DNA of 64,000 bases from Candidatus Iainarchaeum sp. (GCA_026413945.1 JAOAJX010000004.1:32483-96482); one strand, 5' to 3'; shown: positions 1 to 8,422, counted from the stretch's first letter. Notes: generated by a model not told the origin, from the letters alone. Translations and numbers: made by a program.

Positions 1-134
1 AGCACCACTAGGATACGGATAAGCTACTTGAATGTAAAAAGGCCTTTTTCCCTTTTTTATCTCTGGCTCAAAAACCTTATTTGAAGACCAAAATTTTTGC
101 CATTTTTGCTCGATTCTTTTAAAATCCAAAAAGA

Positions 135-2813
135 TCACCTGTTTGTAGAAAAGTAAGCCCTTATCTTTTCACCGTCTGCTGTACCAATCGCCATACGGTC
201 ATTTCCACCGCCTTTGCCGTTCAATGTTGCCAATACTTCCTTAAGCAACTCTGTTGCTTTTTTGTTTGATTTCTCACCGCAAAAAACAACGATGTCTTTG
301 CCTGAGCCAAGAACAAGCGCAATATCAGGTCTCTTTGACATAACATAATTGCCTATCTCAATAAGTGTTTTCTTTTCTGTATCATCAATAAAAAGCTTAA
401 CAATAGGGCCTTTTTCTGAAATCAAAGACCTGCCAATTATAGAAGCGCTTCTCTCTGTCATCAAATCAACCTTTTTCCTAAGCTGCTTCCACTCAGAGAA
501 AAACCTTTCAACTGCTTTTGGAAGCTCATGTGGTTGTACAGATATCTTGGCTGCGGCTTCCTCAAGTATTGCTTCTTTTTCTTGAACAGTCTTTAGGGCT
601 TCGGGACCACAAACAAATGTAAGGCGCTCTATGCCGTCTTGAACACTTTCGCGCTTTATTATCTTAAAGAATCCGATCTCTGAAGTTCTCAATGCATGTG
701 TGCCCCCACATGCCTCAACATCAACGCCGGGTATTTCTACAATCCTAAGCTCTTTACCAGGGACATAACCACCTTGGTAAAGCGTAAAGCCATATTTTTG
801 CTCTGCCTTGTTTCTTGCCATGAAAAATGTTCTAACAGGAATGTTAGCAAGCACGAGTGCATTTACCATCTTCTCTAACTCTTTTATTTGCTCTTTAGTA
901 ATGCGTTTGTAGTGAGTCACATCTAAATGCGCTTTATCCACATCTTTTTGTGCACCTGCTTGCCAAATGTGCATTCCTAGAAGCTTTTTACAGCATGCAT
1001 TTAAAAGGTGGGTTGCTGTGTGGTGTCTCATAAGCTGCTTACGTCTTTCCATATCAATTGTAGCAGAAACAATATTTCCTATCCTAAACTTTTCTGGTTC
1101 TGAAACAGTATGTAGAGTTATTCCATTAATCTTCTCAACGCACACGACAGGCACTCCGCTTATTTTGCCCAAATCATGTGCTTGTCCACCTGAAGTGCCA
1201 TAAAAAGCAGTCTGATCCAAAATGAGTTTGTTACCTTCTTTTCCGATAACTTTTGCTTTAAAGTTACTAAGCATTGGTTCTTTATAATATAGTTCTTTTG
1301 TCTTAGGATACTCTCTAGAAAGCGCTGTTTTTTGTTCGCTTGAAATTGCTTTTTCGTTTTTCTTGGCAATAAGATAATAGAAGTTTTCTGGAATCTCTAT
1401 CTTCAGACCCTTCTTTGAGGCTTCTCTTTCAATTAGTTCTGGTGCAATGCCATTGCTTTCATATAGCTTTATCAGTTCTTTTTCAGTAATTATGTCACCC
1501 TTAGCGGCCTTATCAACAATGTTGGCAATTATTTGCCCTGCCTTTGCGCGCAGCTCCTTATTTTTTTGTTCTTCCTCTGAAATTATTTCAACAACTGAAC
1601 TGACACCTGCGCTCAATAAAGGATCAAGGCTTTTTAAAGCTATTGCATGTTTTTCCAAAAGACCTGGAACATCTAGCTTAAGATCATACTCTTCGTTGAA
1701 TGAAAAAACACGTCTCAACAAAATCCTTAGGTTATAGCCTCCACCCGAATTACTTGGAAGCATTCCATCAGTAATTGCATATAATAGTGCCTTAAGATGG
1801 TCAGCACAGGCATATAACGCTTGCACAGGCCTGATTGATTCGTCAAAATCTTTTTCTTCAAGCCCTATGCTCTTAAGTATCTGAGATCTTTTTTCCCTCA
1901 GATTACCCTCTTCTATATTTAGCGCACCGCCAAGCTTAGCATATAGAGCAAACTTCCTTGAGTCATATCTCAAGCCAGAGTCAGAAAACATCTTTTTTAG
2001 AACATCTTTGAAGACAACATCATAACTTGTTGGTGTTCCGTTTGTGTACCATGCCAGTCGCTCAAGGCCTGCGCCCATATCTATTACTTTTGTTTTAAGC
2101 TCTTCATAACCAGCGTTAGTCTCTCTAAATTGCATGAATACGCAATTACCAAGCTCAACTCCATTAGCAAGATATTCCATGCTTGGGCCGAAAGTGCCTC
2201 CACCTGCCCAAACATCCTCCATGAAAACAAGCTCCTGTTTTGGTACGCCTATAACCTTTGTAAGATAATTAAAGTCATGTTCCAAAGCTTCATTTTTCCA
2301 ATAGAAAAGGCCTGTTTTTTTGGAATTAAAAGCGTGTTGCCCAAACATTATAAAGGCTGAATAATGTTGACCTGTTGCACCAACATTCTGAAGATCATTG
2401 AAACGCAAGCATGGTTGTGGTACAACTAAGGGATTTGCCGGCGGCTCAAGTTCACCACTAACAACATATGGCTGAAAATCAATTATTGAGGCATTAGTAA
2501 AATACAAATCATCTCGCCATCGAGCAACCACGGGATAACGAGCAATGCTTTTATGACCATGTCTTACAAAGTAGCGTTCTATTGCACGCCATGTTTCGAC
2601 ATAACTATAACCTTTTGTTTTTTTTCCAATGAAGCCAAAACTTGAACAACTCGAATCAGCACATGATTTTCTCTCAGGGTTCAAACTCCAAAAAAATCGC
2701 CCGCATTTTTCACATTTTAGTCTAACGAAGCCCATCTCCTTGAGAAAAGGCACTTTGTAATGCTTTTCCCATTCTTTAGAAAATTGCTCGCGTAATTCTT
2801 TTTTATCAGCCAT
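135..2813 (-). CDS. alaS: Alanyl-tRNA synthetase (archaeal type)
   Basis: 892-aa ORF with the archaeal AlaRS catalytic N-terminus, editing domain and C-terminal DHHA1-like GGG motif; the stop codon maps to 135-137. Confidence 0.9.
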   Translation of the reverse strand: MADKKELREQFSKEWEKHYKVPFLKEMGFVRLKCEKCGRFFWSLNPERKSCADSSCSSFGFIGKKTKGYSYVETWRAIERYFVRHGHKSIARYPVVARWRDDLYFTNASIIDFQPYVVSGELEPPANPLVVPQPCLRFNDLQNVGATGQHYSAFIMFGQHAFNSKKTGLFYWKNEALEHDFNYLTKVIGVPKQELVFMEDVWAGGGTFGPSMEYLANGVELGNCVFMQFRETNAGYEELKTKVIDMGAGLERLAWYTNGTPTSYDVVFKDVLKKMFSDSGLRYDSRKFALYAKLGGALNIEEGNLREKRSQILKSIGLEEKDFDESIRPVQALYACADHLKALLYAITDGMLPSNSGGGYNLRILLRRVFSFNEEYDLKLDVPGLLEKHAIALKSLDPLLSAGVSSVVEIISEEEQKNKELRAKAGQIIANIVDKAAKGDIITEKELIKLYESNGIAPELIEREASKKGLKIEIPENFYYLIAKKNEKAISSEQKTALSREYPKTKELYYKEPMLSNFKAKVIGKEGNKLILDQTAFYGTSGGQAHDLGKISGVPVVCVEKINGITLHTVSEPEKFRIGNIVSATIDMERRKQLMRHHTATHLLNACCKKLLGMHIWQAGAQKDVDKAHLDVTHYKRITKEQIKELEKMVNALVLANIPVRTFFMARNKAEQKYGFTLYQGGYVPGKELRIVEIPGVDVEACGGTHALRTSEIGFFKIIKRESVQDGIERLTFVCGPEALKTVQEKEAILEEAAAKISVQPHELPKAVERFFSEWKQLRKKVDLMTERSASIIGRSLISEKGPIVKLFIDDTEKKTLIEIGNYVMSKRPDIALVLGSGKDIVVFCGEKSNKKATELLKEVLATLNGKGGGNDRMAIGTADGEKIRAYFSTNR

Positions 2814-2944
2814 AATTAGGAATATTTACCTGCAAAATAATAAAATACTTTTTCAGAACTGCTTTTTTAATCTTTGTTAAAGTGGTTCTGTTAACTTAAT
2901 GTTGATGAATTAAACATTAAAATTTTCATTTTATTACCCCCAAT

Positions 2945-3139
2945 TTAGTCAGAATTAACAGCTTGGAATTTGGTTGCTTTTTGTATCATACATTTCCAAT
3001 TCTCAACTTCGATATCCACTCCAGAGATTTTAGCTGGAGTATTACCATTAAGACTTTGATGAGGTCTTAAGAAGTTATAAAAGACAAACCAACCATCAAG
3101 AAATGTTTGGGCTGTTTCTTGTTTTTTCAATCCTCGCAT
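2945..3139 (-). pseudogene. IS transposase remnant (C-terminal tail of an rve/DDE integrase-core transposase)
   Basis: 64-aa ORF containing 'FYNFLRPHQSLNGNTPA', typical of the C-terminus of IS3/IS481-type DDE transposases; no upstream catalytic region is present, so it is a truncated fragment. Confidence 0.5.
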
Positions 3140-3166
3140 CGGTTTAAGCCTGTCCTTAAGTGTTCC

Positions 3167-3319
3167 ATGAAACGAATACTAGTAAGCCTTCCAGATGGGG
3201 CATGGAAATTTATCGAGAAAAAACTAAAGGGCAAACTCGGTGACAAAGAGTCAGAATTAGTTAGAAACATCGTTATCGCTTACTTGTCTGAAAAAGGCTA
3301 TTTTGAAGATGAGAAATAG
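3167..3319 (+). CDS. Ribbon-helix-helix (CopG-like) DNA-binding protein
   Basis: 'MKRILVSLPDGAWKFIEKKLKGKLGDKESELVRNIVIAYLSEKGY' matches the RHH pattern of a beta-strand followed by two helices and a 'SELVR' motif; internal ATG start at 3167 within ORF 3107..3319. Confidence 0.45.
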   Translation: MKRILVSLPDGAWKFIEKKLKGKLGDKESELVRNIVIAYLSEKGYFEDEK

Positions 3320-3497
3320 CATGGTTGACAAAGAGATCAAAGAGGTAAAAGAAGATATAGAAACTCTTGAGAACATGTTCTCTGCCTTAGTACACATTCT
3401 AGAAAAAAAGAAAATACTTTCTGATAAGGAACTTGACGAACAAATAAAGAGAAGAATTGATAAAGATAAGAAATTAAAGAAATTTGAAGATCTTTGA
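3303..3497 (+). CDS. Small charged coiled-coil protein (hypothetical)
   Basis: 64-aa K/E-rich ORF overlapping the RHH gene stop, which suggests an operon partner; no recognisable domain. Confidence 0.25.
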   Translation: MKMRNSMVDKEIKEVKEDIETLENMFSALVHILEKKKILSDKELDEQIKRRIDKDKKLKKFEDL

Positions 3498-3539
3498 TTA
3501 ACTAATTAGTTCTGAGAAGTTTGCGAAGCAAATTTCCCC

Positions 3540-3835
3540 CGAGCCCAATATTTCATGATTAAATTATATATTGGCGAGGGGCGACTGAACGAGCTCTGTA
3601 AGAAGCGAGTGAAGGAGTCAGAACGAGTGTTAGTAGACCGAGTGAGATTGAAGCGTTTAGCAGAATGTCTGAGCGAGGCAAGGAGCTTCGAAGAAGCGAC
3701 GAAGCGTTGCTGGCGATCATTTGGGGCGCCGTGGTTTGCTCCAGTTCAATATAGAAGCAAATCTCGTTTAACCATAGTTCAACGAAATAGCCAGCCTCGC
3801 CTTTTATAGAGACTAAATGAAAGCCACCTCTCACT
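3540..3835. other. G+C-rich non-coding island of unknown function (candidate structured RNA or element boundary)
   Basis: About 290 nt that is visibly GC-richer than its flanks. The 5' 'GGCGAGGGGCG' is complementary to the 3' 'GCCAGCCTCGCC', a CGAGTG motif recurs, and both strands show spurious long ORFs typical of GC-rich RNA genes. Confidence 0.2.
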
Positions 3836-3871
3836 AAAAAGTTAATAAATATTATTAGATTATCTTAACAT

Positions 3872-5671
3872 ATGAAAAAAGCATTTGTCTGGGATCCTGT
3901 GATGAGATCTTCAGCAATAAAATACGATCCTTGTATATTATTAAATGGAAAAATATGTAAAACTAAATGTGATAATTGCAAAATTACTCTTATCGCAGAT
4001 AGGTTTTTAGGTAAAGAATTCCAGCAAGAGATACTTGGAAAAATTGGTGGGAGCAAAGGAAGATACCCGTATGTTATTATCGCCGATAGTTTAGGTTGTA
4101 ATCTGCATTGTTGGTTCTGTTACGCATATAAATTTCTTACAAAAGAAAGTGCAGAAGCAAATAAATGCGACATAGCTTATGTTTCTCCTAAAGAACTTGC
4201 AGAACAATTTGGTTGCAAAATCAGAAAATTAGCAGACTTTCAAGAATTACTCAGAGTTGTTGAATCAAAGAATCTCAACGAACAGGTAAAAAAAGCGGCA
4301 ATTAAACATTTACAGATGAAATTACCTTTAATGAGGATCAGATTATCGGGTGGTGAACCAACATTCTCAACTAAAGATACATTGTTTGAACCTCAAGATG
4401 AAAATCTAATCAAATCTACAGTTATGTATTGGCTCTCTTTTTTTAAAGAATTGGATAAAATTATTGGTCTTTTAAAAAAAGATGGAAAATTAAATATTGC
4501 CAATAAAATGGATGTTAAAAATAAAGAGTGGAAAGGAGATTTACCGTTTCCTACATGTCTTGGAGAAAGAGAAGGAAGATTGAATATAAGATACGACACA
4601 AATGGTATCATATTTGGCAACAAAGAAATTACCAAGATGTTTATCGGTGGACTTTTTAAATTATTCAAACAAAATAAGCTAAATCATATATTCATAGAAT
4701 TTGATTATTCTTTTAAAGGTGCGACACCTGTTGAATACGAATGGTCTCAAAGGAGAGGTTTACCAGTTGACGCTTCAAAAATCTCTTTTGATTATAAATT
4801 AAAAGAACACCCACAAATTCCTGGTTATCTAAATATAATCAAAACTATTACTGAGCATTGCAAAAAAGATGTAGAGTTTAATAATTGTGCGGGTATTACT
4901 GTAGAAAGAGGTATAAACCACAACAAAAGTTTTAAAACATACCTGAATTGCAAAGAATCACTTAATTGGGAAAATTTTTCTAAAAAAAGTAGAATTCGAT
5001 TCTCAGTCGTAGATAATCCGATAGAAATGTTTAATTGGAGAAATTATACGCCTAAAAGCTGTTTTATTAAGAACGGTGCGAGCATCAAGGTAATATCAGG
5101 AGAAGCAGAATTTGATTTGAAAAATTGTCCGGATATGAACAAATTTTCTGAATTTGTCCAGAACCATCCAAATTGTTACTTTGTAATATACCCAGTTGAG
5201 ACCAAAGTTAATCTTCAAAAAATTACAAAAATAGGAAAAATAAAACTTGATTCTTCCCAAACGACATTAATAGACATGCAGTTTTCTGGTTGGGTCTTTT
5301 CTGGTACTAAAGAAAATTGGAAAATTGCATTGGAAAAAAGAAAGTGGGGTGTTAAGGAAAAAAACCGTTCTCTTTGGCAAAAAATAAAACCTGGGGATAT
5401 TGTATTATTTTATGTTACTACCCCTATAAGTCGAATTATGGGTTTTGGAAAAGTTAAAGAAACTTCTGAAGAAAATTCCCTTTTGTGGCCAGATGAAATA
5501 AAAGAGAATAATCTAAAATATCCACTAAGAATAATTTTTGAAGAGATGAAATGTATTGAAGATTGGGAAAATGGTGTAAAACCTTTTGGTTTAGAAATAA
5601 AACACGGCATAAATCAAGTTAACAATTATAAAACATTCGAAAAAATAGTCAATACTTTTAGAAATGAATAA
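3872..5671 (+). CDS. Radical SAM domain protein fused to a C-terminal EVE/PUA-like (modified-base reader) domain
   Basis: CxxxCxxC 'GCNLHCWFCY' at nt 4096-4122, the 'RIRLSGGEPTF' SAM-binding glycine motif, and 'NIRYDTNG'. The C-terminal approximately 130 aa (from ~5279) read 'W..WGV...R..W.KIKPGDIVLFYVT..SRIMGFGKV', an EVE-type signature. Confidence 0.7.
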   Translation: MKKAFVWDPVMRSSAIKYDPCILLNGKICKTKCDNCKITLIADRFLGKEFQQEILGKIGGSKGRYPYVIIADSLGCNLHCWFCYAYKFLTKESAEANKCDIAYVSPKELAEQFGCKIRKLADFQELLRVVESKNLNEQVKKAAIKHLQMKLPLMRIRLSGGEPTFSTKDTLFEPQDENLIKSTVMYWLSFFKELDKIIGLLKKDGKLNIANKMDVKNKEWKGDLPFPTCLGEREGRLNIRYDTNGIIFGNKEITKMFIGGLFKLFKQNKLNHIFIEFDYSFKGATPVEYEWSQRRGLPVDASKISFDYKLKEHPQIPGYLNIIKTITEHCKKDVEFNNCAGITVERGINHNKSFKTYLNCKESLNWENFSKKSRIRFSVVDNPIEMFNWRNYTPKSCFIKNGASIKVISGEAEFDLKNCPDMNKFSEFVQNHPNCYFVIYPVETKVNLQKITKIGKIKLDSSQTTLIDMQFSGWVFSGTKENWKIALEKRKWGVKEKNRSLWQKIKPGDIVLFYVTTPISRIMGFGKVKETSEENSLLWPDEIKENNLKYPLRIIFEEMKCIEDWENGVKPFGLEIKHGINQVNNYKTFEKIVNTFRNE

Positions 5672-5767
5672 ACTCATGGCGGCGGCTTCAATATAAATTA
5701 AATATAGCCAGCAATGTCTACTAACAACTATTAAGTGAAATAAATATTCGCTTTATAGTATGAAGAA

Positions 5768-5791
5768 GTATAAAAAGCGAGATTTTATATA
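5768..5791 (+). promoter_or_regulatory. Candidate archaeal TATA/BRE region upstream of the recombinase gene
   Basis: 'gtataaaaag' and 'ttttatata' A/T boxes lie 35-55 nt upstream of the ATG at 5824. Confidence 0.2.
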
Positions 5792-5795
5792 GTCC

Positions 5796-5817
5796 GTCTC
5801 AATAATGTCTCAATAAT
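5796..5817. repeat. Tandem direct repeat 2 x 11 nt (gtctcaataat) immediately upstream of the recombinase start
   Basis: Perfect duplication seen directly in the sequence at 5796-5806 and 5807-5817. Confidence 0.6.
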
Positions 5818-5823
5818 AAATTT

Positions 5824-6633
5824 ATGACGAACGAGAGCAAGATTTATTCTCCAGAAGAGAGGTATAAACTGATTGGCAAGCTGATTGAAGAAATAAAACT
5901 CAGAAGATATTCTTTTCAAACTGGAAAATCTTATATCTCTATTGCAAAAGACTTTCTGGCGTCAGGAAAGATACCAAGAGAATTTTTGCTGTCTTATACA
6001 AACAAAAGCAAATCTGCAATGAGGTTTGCCTATTTTGCTTTGAAGTTCTTTCACGAGAATATTCTGAATGCTAAATTCGGGGAAAAGTTGCCGCTTGCCA
6101 GAAAATCCATGAAATTGCCGTTAGTTTTAAGCAAAGAGGAGGTAATCAAAATGATTAACGCCACAAATAATTTGAAGCATAAGCTTGTTATTATGTTTCT
6201 CTATTATGCTGGCTTGCGTCTGAATGAGGTAAGAAATCTCAAATGGGAAGAAATTGATTTTGGCAGAGAGATAATACACTTAAAAACTGCAAAAGGAGAT
6301 AAGGAACGAATAGTATTTCTTAATAAAAAACTGACTTATATGCTGAAAATGTATGGAATTAATGAAGAAGGCTTGATTTTTGTTTCTCAAAAATTGGGAA
6401 AATACAACAAGAGGACAATCCAGCAAATTGTCAAATCCTCTTCCAAGAAAGCAGAGATAAAGAAGAAAATTACACCACATACGCTGCGGCACAGCTTTGC
6501 GAATCATCTATTAGAATCTGGCGCCGATATTCGATACATTCAACATCTTTTAGGCCATAAAGATTTGAAAACAACGCAAATCTACACTCACGTTGCGAAT
6601 AAGGACATAAAGAAACTTGCAAATCTGCTTTAG
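5824..6633 (+). CDS. Tyrosine site-specific recombinase (XerA/XerCD-like integrase family)
   Basis: C-terminal 'HTLRHSFANHLLESGADIRYIQHLLGHKDLKTTQIYTHV' carries the R..H..R/H..Y catalytic signature; N-terminal SAM-like core-binding domain. Confidence 0.85.
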   Translation: MTNESKIYSPEERYKLIGKLIEEIKLRRYSFQTGKSYISIAKDFLASGKIPREFLLSYTNKSKSAMRFAYFALKFFHENILNAKFGEKLPLARKSMKLPLVLSKEEVIKMINATNNLKHKLVIMFLYYAGLRLNEVRNLKWEEIDFGREIIHLKTAKGDKERIVFLNKKLTYMLKMYGINEEGLIFVSQKLGKYNKRTIQQIVKSSSKKAEIKKKITPHTLRHSFANHLLESGADIRYIQHLLGHKDLKTTQIYTHVANKDIKKLANLL

Positions 6634-6703
6634 AATTTTAGAAAACATTTACTAAAAACAAATATTGACCAACATTAAGTTAACAGAACCGTTAAAGTCT
6701 AGC

Positions 6704-7300
6704 TTAAGAAGCATATTTCAGTACTACTAAACAACACTCTTGTTCTCTAAGCAGCTCATCTTCGAGGCATTTGCACTTAAAGGAGCCACTATCCATCCAT
6801 TCAGGCTTTATATCCCGATAAAGTGTCTCTTCCAAGTATTTATAAAGGCCTGTAGCCGTTGCTCCGCAAATAACTGACACACTAACTTCTTTCTTATCTA
6901 AATTATATCTTATTAGAGAGCCATCTTCATATGCGCTCCAAGACTTTGAGGGCTTTTCCACCCTACCAAATTCTGTTTCGTCCATATAAACGCCTGGACT
7001 CAAGCATATTTGCTTAGACTCTATTCCAACATCAGAATTACCCAAAATTGCCTGTGTTGTAATAGTAATATAGCCATCCCTCTTTGAAAAAACTATCTTG
7101 CCAGATAATGGCGTTGACTTAGACTTGTGGGCATTGTTAAGCACTTCTGCGATTATTTTATTTGGCTCGGAAGTTGAGGGGGGTTTAATTAGACCTAAAA
7201 TATACAAAAGTATTGTCAATATGGCCAGAGCAATTATGGCCGATATAAGAAGTTGAAATGTTGAAAAGGATTGTCCCCTATAATTCATCACATCACCCAA
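6704..7300 (-). CDS. Archaeal type IV pilin-like protein with class III signal peptide
   Basis: N-terminal 'NYRG|QSFSTFQLLISAIIALAILTIL' is a prepilin peptidase (PibD/FlaK-type) cleavage motif followed by a hydrophobic helix. Confidence 0.55.
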   Translation of the reverse strand: MGDVMNYRGQSFSTFQLLISAIIALAILTILLYILGLIKPPSTSEPNKIIAEVLNNAHKSKSTPLSGKIVFSKRDGYITITTQAILGNSDVGIESKQICLSPGVYMDETEFGRVEKPSKSWSAYEDGSLIRYNLDKKEVSVSVICGATATGLYKYLEETLYRDIKPEWMDSGSFKCKCLEDELLREQECCLVVLKYAS

Positions 7301-7510
7301 AAATATTTAACAAAAATAAGTTTTTTCTTATATTTAAAGTTATCGTAATTAAATAAATTTTGGCTTTATCTTGCTTTTTCTTAACACCATAGACCAAAGC
7401 AAAAAACACCAACATTTAAAAATAAATCTTACAGCTATTTAATAGTAACTTAAATGATGAAACATTAGATTTGGATTAGAATACTAAAACAGCGCAATAA
7501 TGCTTTTTAG

Positions 7511-8248
7511 GTGTTAAAAGTGGGATTAAGGCCAGGGCATTGTTATTCAAGTATAAAGCACAGGCCATATACAAGGGTAGCCATAACTGTGCATGAAAAG
7601 AATTATATAGGCACTGTGCCGCCTGTTAGAATAAGGCAATTCAACATGGGAAACCCATCAATGCCTTATACTCACATAATTGATCTTATTGCTGACGACG
7701 CTGTGCAGATAAGAGACAACGCAATAGAAGCACTAAGGATCTCAATAAACAGATTTCTAATAAGGAATGTTGGCAAGGAAAACTATTTCATGCGCATAAG
7801 GGTCTTTCCTCATCAGATTTTAAGAGAGCACAAGCAAGCACAAGGTGCAGGCGCAGACAGGGTTTCACAAGGTATGAGTCATGCTTTTGGCAAACCAATA
7901 GGTCGCGCTATAAGAGTAAAAAAAGGCACAATTGTTTTGAGCATCCTTGCACTTCCGCAACATGTTAACCTAATTGAAAAAACCCTAGAGAAAAGGGCCA
8001 AGTCAAAGCTGCCTTGCAGCTTAAAAGTAAAAACACACACTGATTTGAAGTCGATAGGCACATTGCCGAGGAAAGCCATAATTGAGGAAAAGATTGAAGA
8101 GGCGAAGCCAGAAGAAGAAAAGGCAGCAGAGGAAAAAGCAGCAGAGGCAACAGAAAAAATTGAGGGCAAAGAAGATAGCAAGAAGGAAGATAAAGGAGAG
8201 GCAAAGAAAAGCGAAAAAACCTCGGAAAAAAAGCCAGAGAAAAAGTAG
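7511..8248 (+). CDS. rpl10e: Ribosomal protein L10e (uL16) with long K/E-rich C-terminal tail
   Basis: 'RPGHCYSSIKHRPYTRVA...' matches the L10e N-terminus; a roughly 60-aa low-complexity KE-rich extension is unusual. Confidence 0.8.
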   Translation: MLKVGLRPGHCYSSIKHRPYTRVAITVHEKNYIGTVPPVRIRQFNMGNPSMPYTHIIDLIADDAVQIRDNAIEALRISINRFLIRNVGKENYFMRIRVFPHQILREHKQAQGAGADRVSQGMSHAFGKPIGRAIRVKKGTIVLSILALPQHVNLIEKTLEKRAKSKLPCSLKVKTHTDLKSIGTLPRKAIIEEKIEEAKPEEEKAAEEKAAEATEKIEGKEDSKKEDKGEAKKSEKTSEKKPEKK

Positions 8249-8314
8249 CGAACAAGCCAACTAATTTAAAGATAAAAATAATGGCACAGCAATTAGAGAA
8301 TGCGAATTTAAAAG

Positions 8315-8385
8315 AGCGGGAGGAGGGAGTCGAACCCCCTTAATCCGGTCTGCAGCCGGATGCATGGCCGTTCTGCCACTCCCGC
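8315..8385 (-). tRNA. tRNA-Cys (GCA)
   Basis: Manual fold gives acceptor GCGGGAG/CTCCCGC, anticodon stem TCCGG/CCGGA with loop CTGCAGA, T-arm GGGGG-TTCGACT-CCCTC, and discriminator U73 as expected for Cys. Confidence 0.8.
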
Positions 8386-8422
8386 ATAGATAGTACTGAT
8401 ATAAGTTAACTCAGACCTTTTT

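Noticed and set aside
3555-3834. 84-aa plus-strand and 91-aa minus-strand ORFs covering the GC-rich island
   Set aside because: They overlap each other almost completely and are typical of GC-rich non-coding DNA in an AT-rich genome. They have no motifs and were treated as a candidate RNA or element instead.
3872-5671. Considered whether the radical SAM gene could be a HydE/HydG maturase for the [FeFe]-hydrogenase
   Set aside because: It lies 36 kb away on a putative mobile patch, lacks the biotin-synthase-like C-terminal features, and carries an EVE domain instead. The two are treated as unrelated.
7879-8264. Several overlapping ORFs (7879-8181 minus, 7965-8255 minus, 8021-8260 minus, 8082-8264 plus) inside or antisense to the L10e tail
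   Set aside because: These are products of the low-complexity GAA/AAG-rich sequence encoding the K/E tail. The translations are Leu/Phe/Ser or Arg/Lys homopolymer-like, and none has an independent start context.
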